DNA of 64,000 nucleotides, taken from the IMG/VR virus record IMGVR_UViG_2974619995_000001, positions 6,367 to 70,366 of that record; one strand, written 5' to 3'. The position numbers were made by a program, and so were the translations under genes. The number at the start of each line of letters is the position of its first letter. Positions within the stretch are counted from its first letter, which is position 1. Shown one piece after another: positions 1 through 9,308 of this stretch. The DNA is from a virus. Lineage: Duplodnaviria; Heunggongvirae; Uroviricota; Caudoviricetes; Demerecviridae. Below the pieces are notes generated by a model. That model had not been told where the DNA came from and made no database searches. It saw only the letters and a program-made list of their open reading frames with translations.

Positions 1-117
1 ACTGCAATCAATTTTAAGCGGCCTAAAACGCTTTCTAACGAGCTAAATGCGGTGGGGTAATATTAAAGTAAAGCCTTCACCCGTCGCCCTGGGGGCTTCG
101 CCGTGTTTTGCTCTTTA

Positions 118-146
118 TTGCACCGCTGCGCGGTTATCATAAAATT
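118..146 (+). promoter_or_regulatory. putative sigma70-type promoter (TTGCAC - about 17 nt - TAAAAT) upstream of first CDS
   Basis: -35/-10 hexamers read directly; RBS GAGGGAGG follows at 230-237. Confidence 0.35.
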
Positions 147-246
147 AGGCGCTAGGCAAGGAAAATAAAAAGGTAAAATAATATTTGCCCCTAGAAAGAA
201 AATATCTATATCATTCACTCACCGATTAACGAGGGAGGCCGAACAA

Positions 247-1233
247 ATGAGGCTGTATAAACCTGATAATGCTACCGTCTTAAAAGGTGCGCTGCGTAAC
301 CTGCTGGACGGTAGCAGAACAACCAGCATCAAACATTTTGTTTTCAATATTGAAACTATTCATCATAATTTTTTTGATGATTATGATGCTTATAATATGA
401 ATAGTTTTCTACCGTTATATAAACAAGGGGCAACGCTTGTTTTATATAATCAGGATTATCAATTGCTTACTAGCAGGGGGCCGGATACTGATTTCATAAT
501 CGTAAAAGGTAGCACAGTAAAAGCCTATGATACTGGGGCGGGCTTAGAAGTTTTCACAATAGAAAATTATGAAGCCAACCCCAATGATCTTTGTGATGTA
601 GAAAATTTTCTCGATTCATTTTGGCGTTATTTATCAGTTGGATGGAATCGGTCGGACTATGACGGGTATCGTTTTGCGGCTGTAATGGCTTTTGATGATA
701 ACGGTAATTTTTTGCTACCGCCGGAATTATATGATCGTGTATATGAAGGCGATATTGTTGACGCCGGATTCTCTTTCGAAAGAGAAGAAAGTATTGGCAA
801 TATAAAAAACCATGCTGTAAATTCTAACACTCAAAGCGTTAAAATTCAAACTACTGAAAACAAAGGAAAAAATACCATGACCAAGATTGCTAACATCGTT
901 GCCGCTAATAAATCCGCTGTTGTAAATGCTGCAAAACTGGAAGCGGGTAAAATTGCATTAACCCAAATCACGAAAGTAGCGGCTAAAAAAGCACCATTCA
1001 TGATCAAAGGTTATATTGATACGCCGATTGGTCGAGTAGTGATTGCCAACCTGCTGAGCGTAGCGGTTGACCAGTACGCCCATGCTAACCAAAAGGCGAA
1101 AGCGGTAGCGGGTGCAGCTATGGAAGCGGCTATGTTAGAAATGGTGCAAAGTTTTAACATCGCTGAGATGATTGATGAAATGGTGAAAGGTATTGATATT
1201 TCTACTTTTACCACTAGCACCGAAAGCGAGTAA
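247..1233 (+). CDS. hypothetical pre-early-region protein (328 aa)
   Basis: long ORF with strong RBS GAGGGAGG 8 nt upstream; terminator hairpin directly downstream. Confidence 0.7.
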   Translation: MRLYKPDNATVLKGALRNLLDGSRTTSIKHFVFNIETIHHNFFDDYDAYNMNSFLPLYKQGATLVLYNQDYQLLTSRGPDTDFIIVKGSTVKAYDTGAGLEVFTIENYEANPNDLCDVENFLDSFWRYLSVGWNRSDYDGYRFAAVMAFDDNGNFLLPPELYDRVYEGDIVDAGFSFEREESIGNIKNHAVNSNTQSVKIQTTENKGKNTMTKIANIVAANKSAVVNAAKLEAGKIALTQITKVAAKKAPFMIKGYIDTPIGRVVIANLLSVAVDQYAHANQKAKAVAGAAMEAAMLEMVQSFNIAEMIDEMVKGIDISTFTTSTESE

Positions 1234-1261
1234 TAATTAACCTAGTGTAAAGTTTTGTAAA

Positions 1262-1288
1262 GGCCGCCATAATCAGCGGCCTTTTTTG
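1262..1288 (+). terminator. rho-independent terminator (GGCCGC-loop-GCGGCC + T6)
   Basis: perfect 6-bp GC stem followed by TTTTTT. Confidence 0.7.
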
Positions 1289-1350
1289 TTATAATGCCTT
1301 TACACCGTTTGAGGACGGTTGAAAATTTTCCCAAAAATTGGAGGCTTAAA

Positions 1351-1581
1351 ATGGTTGCTTATTCTTCTGCTAGTCATCTGTTCACCGCTCAAGGCTGGGT
1401 ATCTAACCGCGTTATTATTCACGAAATGGTGCAAGAATACGGCATTGCTAAAACTTATAATACCATTCAAGAATTGTATAACGCCGATAAAATCGATCAG
1501 CAAACGGCGGGCTTTTTGCTGGATACCCTAAAAGCTGAACACTGTACTAAAAAACAAGCTGCAAAAATTGTTTTAATGTAA
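1351..1581 (+). CDS. hypothetical protein (76 aa)
   Basis: ATG at 1351 preceded by RBS TGGAGG; upstream in-frame extension from 1294 has no RBS. Confidence 0.5.
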   Translation: MVAYSSASHLFTAQGWVSNRVIIHEMVQEYGIAKTYNTIQELYNADKIDQQTAGFLLDTLKAEHCTKKQAAKIVLM

Positions 1582-1630
1582 TTAATAACGGGGCGTTACT
1601 TTCGCCCCACTAACTAGGGGGGTATTACAA

Positions 1631-1780
1631 ATGGTTATTTTTCGAGCTATTCTGGCAGGTATCTTGGGCGCTATTTTATCGTTGTTTGCAATAGCTTTCG
1701 GTGTTCACGCGGTTATTGTTGGCGCGGGTATCGCCGTTTTTTCTTATCTGCTGGGCTGCATGACTAGTAAAGGAGAATAA
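1631..1780 (+). CDS. small hydrophobic membrane peptide (49 aa), absent from ORF track
   Basis: ATG ORF MVIFRAILAGILGAILSLFAIAFGVHAVIVGAGIAVFSYLLGCMTSKGE with two predicted TM helices. Confidence 0.4.
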   Translation: MVIFRAILAGILGAILSLFAIAFGVHAVIVGAGIAVFSYLLGCMTSKGE

Positions 1781-1782
1781 AA

Positions 1783-1995
1783 ATGATTCGTAACGTTTCC
1801 CTTGCACGTTCGAAAGGCTTTAAGCTGGTGGACGTTAACACGTTCGAGCGTGAAGATTGTAAAATCGAATATGTAGCACGTAATAAGAACGCCTTTTGTG
1901 TTACAGAAAAGAAATTTGACAAGCGCGGCAACGTGATCGCTGAAACGGTTAAACATTTTGCCACCTTTTACGCTGCGTTTCGGGGAGTGTTATAA
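1783..1995 (+). CDS. hypothetical protein (70 aa)
   Basis: RBS AAAGGAG 6 nt upstream of ATG. Confidence 0.55.
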   Translation: MIRNVSLARSKGFKLVDVNTFEREDCKIEYVARNKNAFCVTEKKFDKRGNVIAETVKHFATFYAAFRGVL

Positions 1996-1996
1996 A

Positions 1997-2341
1997 ATGG
2001 TTATTTACGAAGGCAACCGCTTTGTTGCTAATTGCCGCCCTGCATTGCTAGCAAATTACTTAAATCAGCTTTCACCAGCTTATAAGGGCGTTATTAATAT
2101 TTATGAAGGCAAGGCGCATTATAAAATCAATGCGGTCGTTGCCCGTGAACTAGCGTTTCAATTTTTGACCTTTGCATCTTGTGACGTTCAGGTCATGGGT
2201 GAAGCGTTAATTGCAGAAAATGAAGATGATTTTATTAATATTTTTCGCAAGATATGCACCGAGCGCCTGATCATGAAAGGCGCATATATTCAATCCACTG
2301 CGGATAGTATTGAAACAGCGTTTCGAAAGGTGGCGCAATGA
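1997..2341 (+). CDS. hypothetical protein (114 aa); start trimmed to the ATG after RBS GGGGAG
   Basis: track ORF 1958..2341; internal ATG 1997 has the RBS and abuts the upstream stop. Confidence 0.5.
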   Translation: MVIYEGNRFVANCRPALLANYLNQLSPAYKGVINIYEGKAHYKINAVVARELAFQFLTFASCDVQVMGEALIAENEDDFINIFRKICTERLIMKGAYIQSTADSIETAFRKVAQ

Positions 2342-2541
2342 GCAATAAAATTGTTGTAACCAAAATCAGTACAATGGTTGATGTTTTTTACGTGCCCGAT
2401 ACGCCGGAGAATCGGCAAGCGGTTGAGCGTGGCGAGTATGATAAAGTGATTTATGATCACGATGGTTATTATCAGTATTTGGTGGATTCCTACGGGGAAG
2501 AGGAAAAAATCACGCATCGACTACCGGAGGAGGATTTATGA
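2338..2541 (+). CDS. hypothetical protein (67 aa)
   Basis: ATGA start/stop overlap with upstream gene (translational coupling). Confidence 0.5.
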   Translation: MSNKIVVTKISTMVDVFYVPDTPENRQAVERGEYDKVIYDHDGYYQYLVDSYGEEEKITHRLPEEDL

Positions 2542-2651
2542 AACGATGGTTTAATAACTGGTACAAATGGTTTTTAGTACGCCGTCGCAAGTCTAGACAT
2601 CAAGATGAGTGGCGGGGGTTGGCAAAGCGTAACGGTTGCCCACTACTATAA
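2538..2651 (+). CDS. possible small basic peptide (37 aa)
   Basis: ATGA overlap with upstream stop, RBS GGAGGAGG; MKRWFNNWYKWFLVRRRKSRHQDEWRGLAKRNGCPLL. Confidence 0.3.
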   Translation: MKRWFNNWYKWFLVRRRKSRHQDEWRGLAKRNGCPLL

Positions 2652-2689
2652 TAATCACGGGGCGCAACTACCAGGAAGTGCCCCCAATT

Positions 2690-2714
2690 CTCAAATGAGA
2701 ATCATTCTCATTTG
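2690..2714. repeat. perfect 25-bp palindrome TCAAATGAGAAT-C-ATTCTCATTTGA
   Basis: read directly; first member of a palindrome family continued at 3040-3250. Confidence 0.8.
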
Positions 2715-2906
2715 ACCGCGCCCGCGATGGTTAGCCTGCTAATGGTTAGGGTGTTACGTGTCGCCTTGTGTGACCGTTAGCGAGCTAACTAATTTCTAAG
2801 CCTCCTCCAATTTTGCCCGTGTTTAGTATCCCCACCAAAATTAAACGCGTTAGAATGCGATCTAGGACGTTTTAACGCTATATTAGAATTATTCACTACA
2901 TAGGAA

Positions 2907-2926
2907 TACTGTATATTTATACAGTA
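2907..2926. repeat. near-perfect palindrome ACTGTATATTTATACAGT adjacent to DnaA boxes
   Basis: read directly. Confidence 0.6.
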
Positions 2927-2934
2927 GGATAAGC

Positions 2935-2943
2935 TGTGGATAA
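2935..2943 (+). promoter_or_regulatory. DnaA box TGTGGATAA (consensus 9/9)
   Basis: exact match to E. coli DnaA box consensus TTATCCACA (reverse complement). Confidence 0.6.
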
Positions 2944-3007
2944 GTCTGTTAATAACGCTTCAAAATGGCTAGGATTCTGTCAAGTCAAATCGTGCTGTTG
3001 ATAAGTC

Positions 3008-3016
3008 TGTGGATAA
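3008..3016 (+). promoter_or_regulatory. DnaA box TGTGGATAA (9/9); TTGATAAGT-like box at 2996-3004
   Basis: exact consensus; second copy about 70 bp from the first. Confidence 0.6.
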
Positions 3017-3039
3017 CTTAAATAATAGTGTTTCTCACT

Positions 3040-3250
3040 TCCATTCTTAAATGCAAATCATTATCATTTGCATTTCACTACTTAACTGATAATCAATTCA
3101 CTTTTTAAATGAGAATCGTTTCACTTCCTGAATAATTTTCGTTTCCGTTCTTAAATGAGATTGATTCTCATTTCGCTTTCTAAATGCGAATTATTATCAT
3201 TCTCATTCCGCTTTTTAAATGATAATGATTCTTATTATCATTCGCATTCA
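3040..3250. repeat. family of at least 5 large imperfect palindromes TAAATG(A/C)RAATYATT(C/A)TCATTT
   Basis: 3047-3075, about 3100-3125, 3150-3185, 3182-3215, 3216-3250 read directly. Confidence 0.7.
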
Positions 3251-3289
3251 GGCGAGCAGGGCAATTGCCCTGCGCTTTTGTGCAAATCC

Positions 3290-3890
3290 GACATTGCTCC
3301 ACGGGTGTTACGTGCGGGCGTGTATGTGCGAATCCGACAATTTTTGGTAGTGTGCAAATCCGACCCGAAAAATTTTTATAGTGTGCAAATCCGACAATGA
3401 ATTTTCCCAAAAACTCCAGCAATCCGATGCTGCGCATCAATCCTGTGGAATTAGCTAGAATATGTGCAAATCCGACATGGGTTTATTTGTGCGAATCCGA
3501 CAAGATTTTTGTGACTTTGATTGGAGGGTGTGTGATTGTATGGGTTTGAGGAGAAGATGAGAGAGTGAGAGAAATTTGAGGGAACTGTGAGAGGGGCGCA
3601 TGTTTGGTGCGGAGCACCTGATTTGCGGGGGATTTTGGGGAAGAGTTGAGAAGATTTGGGTTAATTTGAGATTAGTGGAGATAAAGTAAAATTTTATTAG
3701 CAAAAAGGGGCAAAATAGCTTGACAAGTGAAAATTTCTGTGGCCCCTAAAAACTCAGGCAATCATGGGCCTTCGGCCCGAAATAATGCTGCTATTTTCAG
3801 GAGATTATATGTTCCTAAAAACTTAGGCGTTTGTGCAAATCCGACAATAAATTTCTAGAATATCAGTGTGCAAATCCGACAATAATTTCT
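3290..3890. repeat. dispersed direct-repeat array, 9 copies of 14-bp GTGC(A/G)AATCCGAC(A)
   Basis: copies at about 3290, 3336, 3362, 3393, 3464, 3489, 3833, 3868 (plus 5641 inside a CDS). Confidence 0.8.
3530..3700 (+). repeat. purine-rich GA/G-tract segment with strong strand asymmetry (TTTGAG / GAGAG reiterations)
   Basis: composition read directly. Confidence 0.5.
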
Positions 3891-4420
3891 GGAAATGTGT
3901 TTTCAAAAAAATGTCTTCTAGAAATAACCGCCCTCCCTATAACCGCCCTGTATTAACCGCCTATTGCTGGAGTTTCTAGGAACAATGAAAACTGCCCTAG
4001 AATGTGAGAGTTTTCCTAGAAACTTAGGAGTCTAGAAGAAAGTGTTGTGCCATCCTAGCAGAAGAGCGGCAACAAGTGTATCATCTTGAACACAGATATT
4101 GCCTTTAAATATAATTTTGTATTTTAAATAAATATAAGATCCCCCAGGGTTCTCATATAGAGCTTTGCCCCCGCCAGAAGGTCTCGTGGTGTTTCTAGTA
4201 ATCTTTATTAAATTACCTATTGACTTGTCCTGTCGCTCCGTATCCTACGCTACAAGTCAGTAATTTAAGATTCCTGAACCACCACACCTTCTGTGTGGCA
4301 ACTCTAAATGGTTAATTATATTAACTCATAGAGTTATGATAACATACATTTAGCTATCTGTCAACGAGAGTTTGTATTTCTGTCTCGGTACAGGTATTGT
4401 GCACCGAGACATGCAGGATC

Positions 4421-5305
4421 TTACAGTAACTCTTGGTATGCTTTTTGATACGCCTCAGTATCCGTAGGTGTATCTTTTGCTAACGCAATTAATTCATCCG
4501 TTATCTGAACATTCGTACTATAACGTGTGTGGAACTCTTCAGGGATTTCTAGATACCTATTGATGAACGCTGCAGCAAGCGGTGTAACTAACCCAATTTC
4601 TAGAGATAACTTAACTTGTTTCTCATAAATTAAATACTGAGAATCAGATGGGATTGGTTGGGTTACATCAGTTTTTTCTGGTTCTTTTTCTGGAAGCAAC
4701 GGATTGTTATACAATGCTTCATCTGGAAGCACAGATTTACGCTCTTTAAATATATAAGTTTCTAGATCCGATGCTTTAGATCCTGAGTACACAGCGAAGA
4801 CGCTAGCTTTACCTTGTGATGCCCTAACTGGCAGATAACTAGTAGGATAGCTTCTTAATGCATCATGGAATGGACTTCCTGAATATTTGTACGTATCCCC
4901 ATAGAGATCATCAATATTCATTCGTTCATCTTCAAAGATATGGAAAGAGCTAAATGATGGGATGGTGAAGTATTCCATCTGTAACCCATAAACTAAGAAA
5001 CGATGTGCATATGCACTGATTTTTAAGACTGTGAATGCTTTCTCGCCTTCTTTATGTGCGTTGCCTTTTGAAGTAACTTGGTAACGTTTACAAAACATCT
5101 CTACTAGACGTTTCTCATTAATACTAAGGGTAGAGTACAGTCGTCCACTTAATCCTATAAGTGCATCAAACATAAATGCTAGTTTATCTTTTTCTTCCTG
5201 GGTTAGTTCAGGAAATGGAAGTACTTTAGCATCAGGAACACTATTATTTTCCTTAGGTTTTGTTTTACCAGCGTTTTGTCTTAGTTTATCTTTAAAGTTA
5301 TACAT
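4421..5305 (-). CDS. hypothetical early protein (294 aa)
   Basis: long ORF, first gene of minus-strand block. Confidence 0.6.
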   Translation of the reverse strand: MYNFKDKLRQNAGKTKPKENNSVPDAKVLPFPELTQEEKDKLAFMFDALIGLSGRLYSTLSINEKRLVEMFCKRYQVTSKGNAHKEGEKAFTVLKISAYAHRFLVYGLQMEYFTIPSFSSFHIFEDERMNIDDLYGDTYKYSGSPFHDALRSYPTSYLPVRASQGKASVFAVYSGSKASDLETYIFKERKSVLPDEALYNNPLLPEKEPEKTDVTQPIPSDSQYLIYEKQVKLSLEIGLVTPLAAAFINRYLEIPEEFHTRYSTNVQITDELIALAKDTPTDTEAYQKAYQELL

Positions 5306-5384
5306 TATTATCTCCCATTTTTAAGGTCTGGATGACCTTCTTTTTATTTTAGAGCCTCCGTAGAGGCTCGTGTGTTAGGAATTA

Positions 5385-5996
5385 TTAATCCTTTTTACTT
5401 TCGTCAATAACAGCTCCCAGTGCTTCCATAATTGCATCTTCTAAACTTCCATGTTTACTAGGATTATTAAAATGAATAGTATAAACAGAGTTCCTAGAAA
5501 CTCCAGCATCTGCAGGTGCTACGCTTCGCATATCAGATTCAAAAGCTTCTTGAGTATGTTTCAGCTGTACAGAAGGCCCATAATCTTCACCAACTCGATA
5601 TGAGGAATTACTTTCTATAACGCCACCACATGGAACATTGTGCAAATCCGACGTTACTTTAGGACTGTTCCACCCTATAATTGGTCCTGACTGCCAGGGA
5701 TCTCTAATAGTCACAGGAGTACTAGGACGGTTCACCTCAGTCTTCACGAGTTTGTACCCTGCATCTATTAATGCGTTAATAAGGTTATCAGCAGGGATGC
5801 GAGCCGTACCAAAAATCTTACGAGCGTCTTCAAGCTTACCTTCAAGATCTTTGCAGGCTTTAAGGTCAGTGTGTGCAAATGTTAGCTTCATAGATTTGAA
5901 TTGTACAGTAGCAGTTAAATCTTTAAAGCTATAATCCCATGTGTTCAGTTCATGGTCTGGTACTACTTGAATAGGTTGTTGTGCATTAAAAGTCAT
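5385..5996 (-). CDS. hypothetical protein (203 aa)
   Basis: ORF; contains one copy of the 14-bp GTGCAAATCCGAC repeat at 5641-5654. Confidence 0.6.
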   Translation of the reverse strand: MTFNAQQPIQVVPDHELNTWDYSFKDLTATVQFKSMKLTFAHTDLKACKDLEGKLEDARKIFGTARIPADNLINALIDAGYKLVKTEVNRPSTPVTIRDPWQSGPIIGWNSPKVTSDLHNVPCGGVIESNSSYRVGEDYGPSVQLKHTQEAFESDMRSVAPADAGVSRNSVYTIHFNNPSKHGSLEDAIMEALGAVIDESKKD

Positions 5997-6181
5997 TATT
6001 TATTCTCCAGTTTGTCTAACAGTTTATGGGCTGCTAGGTTATATTGCTCAAGTTCACGATTAAGGATTTGGTTTTCACACTTTAGCTCTAGATTCTTATT
6101 ATTAAGAATATTGCAGATCAGTAGAAGTGCTAATATAACTAGCAAGGAACCTACGAGCATTAAAAGAAAAAGAGTTTCCAT
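5996..6181 (-). CDS. small membrane protein, N-terminal TM + coiled coil (61 aa)
   Basis: ATGA overlap with upstream gene; paralogous architecture to 6181..6414. Confidence 0.5.
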   Translation of the reverse strand: METLFLLMLVGSLLVILALLLICNILNNKNLELKCENQILNRELEQYNLAAHKLLDKLENK

Positions 6182-6414
6182 TATTTAACTCCCATGTAAC
6201 GTTTGAGATATATGATGAAGTCTTCTGCTGTATGTTCTACGCTACCCTGAACCACAAACAACTTTAAAGCCTCACGCTGTAATTTAAGAGCAGCTAACTC
6301 ACCGCGTAATTTTGTTATATCTTCCGCTAGTTCTTTAGCTCTGCTCATAATAGCAAATGATACAAATGTTACAATAAATAACATAACTGCTAAAATAATT
6401 ACTATGATTTCCAT
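6181..6414 (-). CDS. small membrane protein, N-terminal TM + coiled coil (77 aa)
   Basis: ORF; TM helix then heptad-like region. Confidence 0.5.
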   Translation of the reverse strand: MEIIVIILAVMLFIVTFVSFAIMSRAKELAEDITKLRGELAALKLQREALKLFVVQGSVEHTAEDFIIYLKRYMGVK

Positions 6415-6692
6415 ATTAACATCCAGCTTTTATCATATATTTGGGCATGTTCTACTAATTCATTTATCGATATAGAATTATCGTAGATACCCTCTAGTAA
6501 ACGTTTTCTGTCAAATTTATCAACCAAATACTCTGTGTCATTTATTACTACCCTATACAGCTCTGGAACTAAGGGATGTTTGTTTGGTATTGGGCGACTA
6601 CCTAAGTCTATTTCATTATATCCCCACGTTGTTTTAAATAGTTTGTTACTAAGTGCTGCTAGTGGGTTTGACCATATAATATAGCTACTCAC
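6402..6692 (-). CDS. hypothetical protein (96 aa)
   Basis: ORF in operon context. Confidence 0.5.
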   Translation of the reverse strand: MSSYIIWSNPLAALSNKLFKTTWGYNEIDLGSRPIPNKHPLVPELYRVVINDTEYLVDKFDRKRLLEGIYDNSISINELVEHAQIYDKSWMLIWKS

Positions 6693-7131
6693 TATTTATC
6701 TCCATTCTTAACTTTGAAAACTTATTATACCAAACTATATGATTATCGTCAATTACAAATTTATGATAACATGCTGGTACGGTATAAATTCCATAATCCG
6801 TGACACGCTGCACAATCTTGTGTGCACACAGTCGACAACCATGCCCTTCTAAATGAGATCTAGCAGTTTGCCAGTAATAACCATCATGGTCCGGGCAATA
6901 GATCTCGACTTGCTGTTGCATTGTTTTATAATTTACACGCTCATACCCAAAGAAAGCTCCATGAACTGCAACAGCTTTCTTGATAAATATAAGATTTAGT
7001 GCTTCTTGTTGAAAGTCGGGATGTAGCTGCTTAATCTTAGTTCTATTAATAGATCCATCCGATTTGATGAACCTATTTATTGGAAAGTTGTTCGCTTCCT
7101 CGATTAGTAATTCATTTACTTTTTCTCTCAT
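6685..7131 (-). CDS. hypothetical Cys/His-rich (zinc-binding-like) protein; start trimmed to MREKVNE
   Basis: track ORF 6685..7233 overlaps upstream gene by 100 nt; ATG at 7131 sits 1 nt after upstream stop; motif CPDHDGYYW...HGCRLCAH. Confidence 0.45.
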   Translation of the reverse strand: MREKVNELLIEEANNFPINRFIKSDGSINRTKIKQLHPDFQQEALNLIFIKKAVAVHGAFFGYERVNYKTMQQQVEIYCPDHDGYYWQTARSHLEGHGCRLCAHKIVQRVTDYGIYTVPACYHKFVIDDNHIVWYNKFSKLRMEINSE

Positions 7132-7132
7132 A

Positions 7133-7357
7133 TTAGATATTCTCACAGCTAAGGTAGAAACATTCGTAAGCATCACCAGTAAACTCTTTATCTTGTAGTA
7201 TACACTTAGCCTGGTCTTCTGGTACTCCAGCATCTAATAATTGTTGTTTACTTGGCTTTTCAGCGAATACTTTTACAAAATATTCACCATCCTGATTATA
7301 TTCATTTATATCTCTAGTAAGGACATATACTTGCATTTGAAGTTCCTTGAAACACAA
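7133..7357 (-). CDS. hypothetical protein (74 aa)
   Basis: ORF. Confidence 0.5.
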   Translation of the reverse strand: MCFKELQMQVYVLTRDINEYNQDGEYFVKVFAEKPSKQQLLDAGVPEDQAKCILQDKEFTGDAYECFYLSCENI

Positions 7358-7390
7358 AAGGCCAGAACAATTAAGTCCTGGCCTCTAGAA

Positions 7391-7645
7391 TTAATGAAGT
7401 TGTTTACCACTTCTTAAAATAGTGGCCGTTTCCATAAGATTTAACGTTGTATCACGCTTTTTGATTTGTTTGTCGAGTTCATCGGTACGTTTGCCAATGT
7501 ACGCGTTAATAGCCATATTCATAGCTGAGGCGAGATCTTCTTTGGTTATCTCTTCATTATCTAAAGCTAATTTAGCTAAAGAATCGAAAGTACTAGAAAG
7601 TCCTATAAGATCTGAGGTTTCACTGGCCAAGGATAGGGTTAACAT
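7391..7645 (-). CDS. hypothetical protein (84 aa)
   Basis: ORF. Confidence 0.5.
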   Translation of the reverse strand: MLTLSLASETSDLIGLSSTFDSLAKLALDNEEITKEDLASAMNMAINAYIGKRTDELDKQIKKRDTTLNLMETATILRSGKQLH

Positions 7646-7763
7646 TATCTATTGTTATTTCTAGCATAGAGTTAACAATATCTTCTCCGTCTACTAGACC
7701 AGATTCAATATTACTCTCCCATTCCTTCATCTGCTCCAGCAATGGATTTTTCTTTTCTGTCAT
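7620..7763 (-). CDS. possible small protein (47 aa, MTEKKNPLLEQ...)
   Basis: ATG with RBS AGGAAA; overlaps neighbouring ORFs, uncertain. Confidence 0.3.
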   Translation of the reverse strand: MTEKKNPLLEQMKEWESNIESGLVDGEDIVNSMLEITIDNVNPILGQ

Positions 7764-8172
7764 GGTAGAGGTTTCCTGTGTCAGTTGGTAAGAAGGATGA
7801 CTGCATTTTAGGTGGATGTTGTTTAGCAATCCAGTTAAGAATCAGTACACGACTAGGAACAATATCAGTGTTGTACCAGAAATCGTGAACCCATTGACGA
7901 GCATCCTCAAACTTACCAAATTTATACGCTTTCTTAAACAATTCAAACCCAAAACAATCTGGTGTGAAGTCTACTTCACGATACTGAATTACTTTAGAAC
8001 CCGTTAGGTCTTGGATCGCTGCATTAATTTCTGTATGAGAGAATTTTGTTTCGTGAAACTTATTAAAGAATCGGTAGTTGAAGCGTCCGTTCGTTTCGAC
8101 AAATAACTGGATAAAGAGATCGTTAAATTGGTTATCAAACCAGTAATTCTGTAGTTGTTGTAGTGCTGTCAT
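7711..8172 (-). CDS. hypothetical protein (153 aa)
   Basis: ORF. Confidence 0.55.
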   Translation of the reverse strand: MTALQQLQNYWFDNQFNDLFIQLFVETNGRFNYRFFNKFHETKFSHTEINAAIQDLTGSKVIQYREVDFTPDCFGFELFKKAYKFGKFEDARQWVHDFWYNTDIVPSRVLILNWIAKQHPPKMQSSFLPTDTGNLYHDRKEKSIAGADEGMGE

Positions 8173-8369
8173 TTACGAACTCCGTTAATTGCCATAATGA
8201 TGCCTTCGTACATAAAAGGAAGTAGTTCAGAAGTGTAGAAGATATTTTCCGTTATTCCTAGATGTCGAAAAAGTATATTAAATAATGCTGTTAGAAATAC
8301 AATCTGAGGCAGTAATACAAAATACTCAGTTACAATCTTTGGTGCCTGATAAACAAGACGTTTTATCAT
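8169..8369 (-). CDS. small membrane protein (66 aa)
   Basis: ORF, hydrophobic. Confidence 0.45.
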   Translation of the reverse strand: MIKRLVYQAPKIVTEYFVLLPQIVFLTALFNILFRHLGITENIFYTSELLPFMYEGIIMAINGVRK

Positions 8370-8468
8370 TGTTTTTAAGTCTCCTTATTACTTTGGCCTG
8401 CTCCACAATAATAAAAACTGCAAGCACTAATAGTGCTATTAGCCCCGCAGTAATTGGTACTAAATCAA

Positions 8469-8795
8469 TCATGGGAGACGCCATACGTAATTAGCTGTCT
8501 GTAGAATCTTAGGAGTATTACCTTTATGCATTACTACAGACTCCGGTGAATAACTATTAGCTAGTTCTTTACGAATCAGCTCACATTCTTCACCAGTATC
8601 GATATTTTTAACTATCACTTTCATATTAAGAGGTGTTAATACAGAAAGTGGCTTCCAGGAGTCCTCAATCTCAATTCCTACCTTTTTATCAATTATCATG
8701 AGAACTTCTAATGTATCATCCGGAATACTAATATTATTATTCACAAACTGTAATATCTCATGTAAGGTATTTAATTCATTAAAATTAAGCTTCAT
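8469..8795 (-). CDS. hypothetical protein (108 aa)
   Basis: ORF. Confidence 0.5.
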   Translation of the reverse strand: MKLNFNELNTLHEILQFVNNNISIPDDTLEVLMIIDKKVGIEIEDSWKPLSVLTPLNMKVIVKNIDTGEECELIRKELANSYSPESVVMHKGNTPKILQTANYVWRLP

Positions 8796-9030
8796 CTTTA
8801 ATAATATCCTCTACCATATCACAAGACTGTTGCAATTCATCAGCAATACGTTTAACATCGGTTTTTGTTACTTTACCAATTAGCATTACCAGTAACATAG
8901 AGAAGATAATAAAAGGTACTGGAATAACAAATAAAGCTACCTTAGCTACATTCTTTGGTGTCCATGTGTGGTATTTAGTAACTAGTACACCAACCACAAC
9001 TAAATAAAATGCGAGAATAAACATCATCAT
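8785..9030 (-). CDS. small membrane protein, 2 TM (81 aa)
   Basis: ORF. Confidence 0.5.
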   Translation of the reverse strand: MMMFILAFYLVVVGVLVTKYHTWTPKNVAKVALFVIPVPFIIFSMLLVMLIGKVTKTDVKRIADELQQSCDMVEDIIKDEA

Positions 9031-9308
9031 TTTTTAATCTCCGTAATTATCTGCGCACGCATTACTTTAGCAGGTAATTTATTATTTCCAACTATTACTT
9101 CAATATTATTTAACTTTTCTTTAAGAATATCTGAGCGTCTTTGGGCCAGTTCAATATCTTGTTCTTGCTCTAGTAAACGGTGGTGCAACCCGCTGTTAGT
9201 AATGAGCATACCTTCCATATTTTTTCGTATGCTTACAATACCAATAATTCCACCAATCGCTGCTAGTGTCATAAGCACTAGCAGTCCAATAAGAATTTCA
9301 ATTAACAT
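9027..9308 (-). CDS. small membrane protein, TM + coiled coil (93 aa)
   Basis: ORF. Confidence 0.5.
   Translation of the reverse strand: MLIEILIGLLVLMTLAAIGGIIGIVSIRKNMEGMLITNSGLHHRLLEQEQDIELAQRRSDILKEKLNNIEVIVGNNKLPAKVMRAQIITEIKK

Noticed and set aside
3155-3703. ORFs 3155..3400(+), 3180..3440(-), 3455..3703(-) in the repeat region
   Set aside because: They lie entirely within palindromic and direct-repeat DNA and translate as repetitive low-complexity sequence. The region is better explained as a cis-acting ISS-type element.
3290-3890. Possibility that the 14-bp repeat array is a CRISPR array
   Set aside because: Repeats are only 14 bp, irregularly spaced (26-340 bp) and lack uniform spacers; inconsistent with CRISPR architecture.
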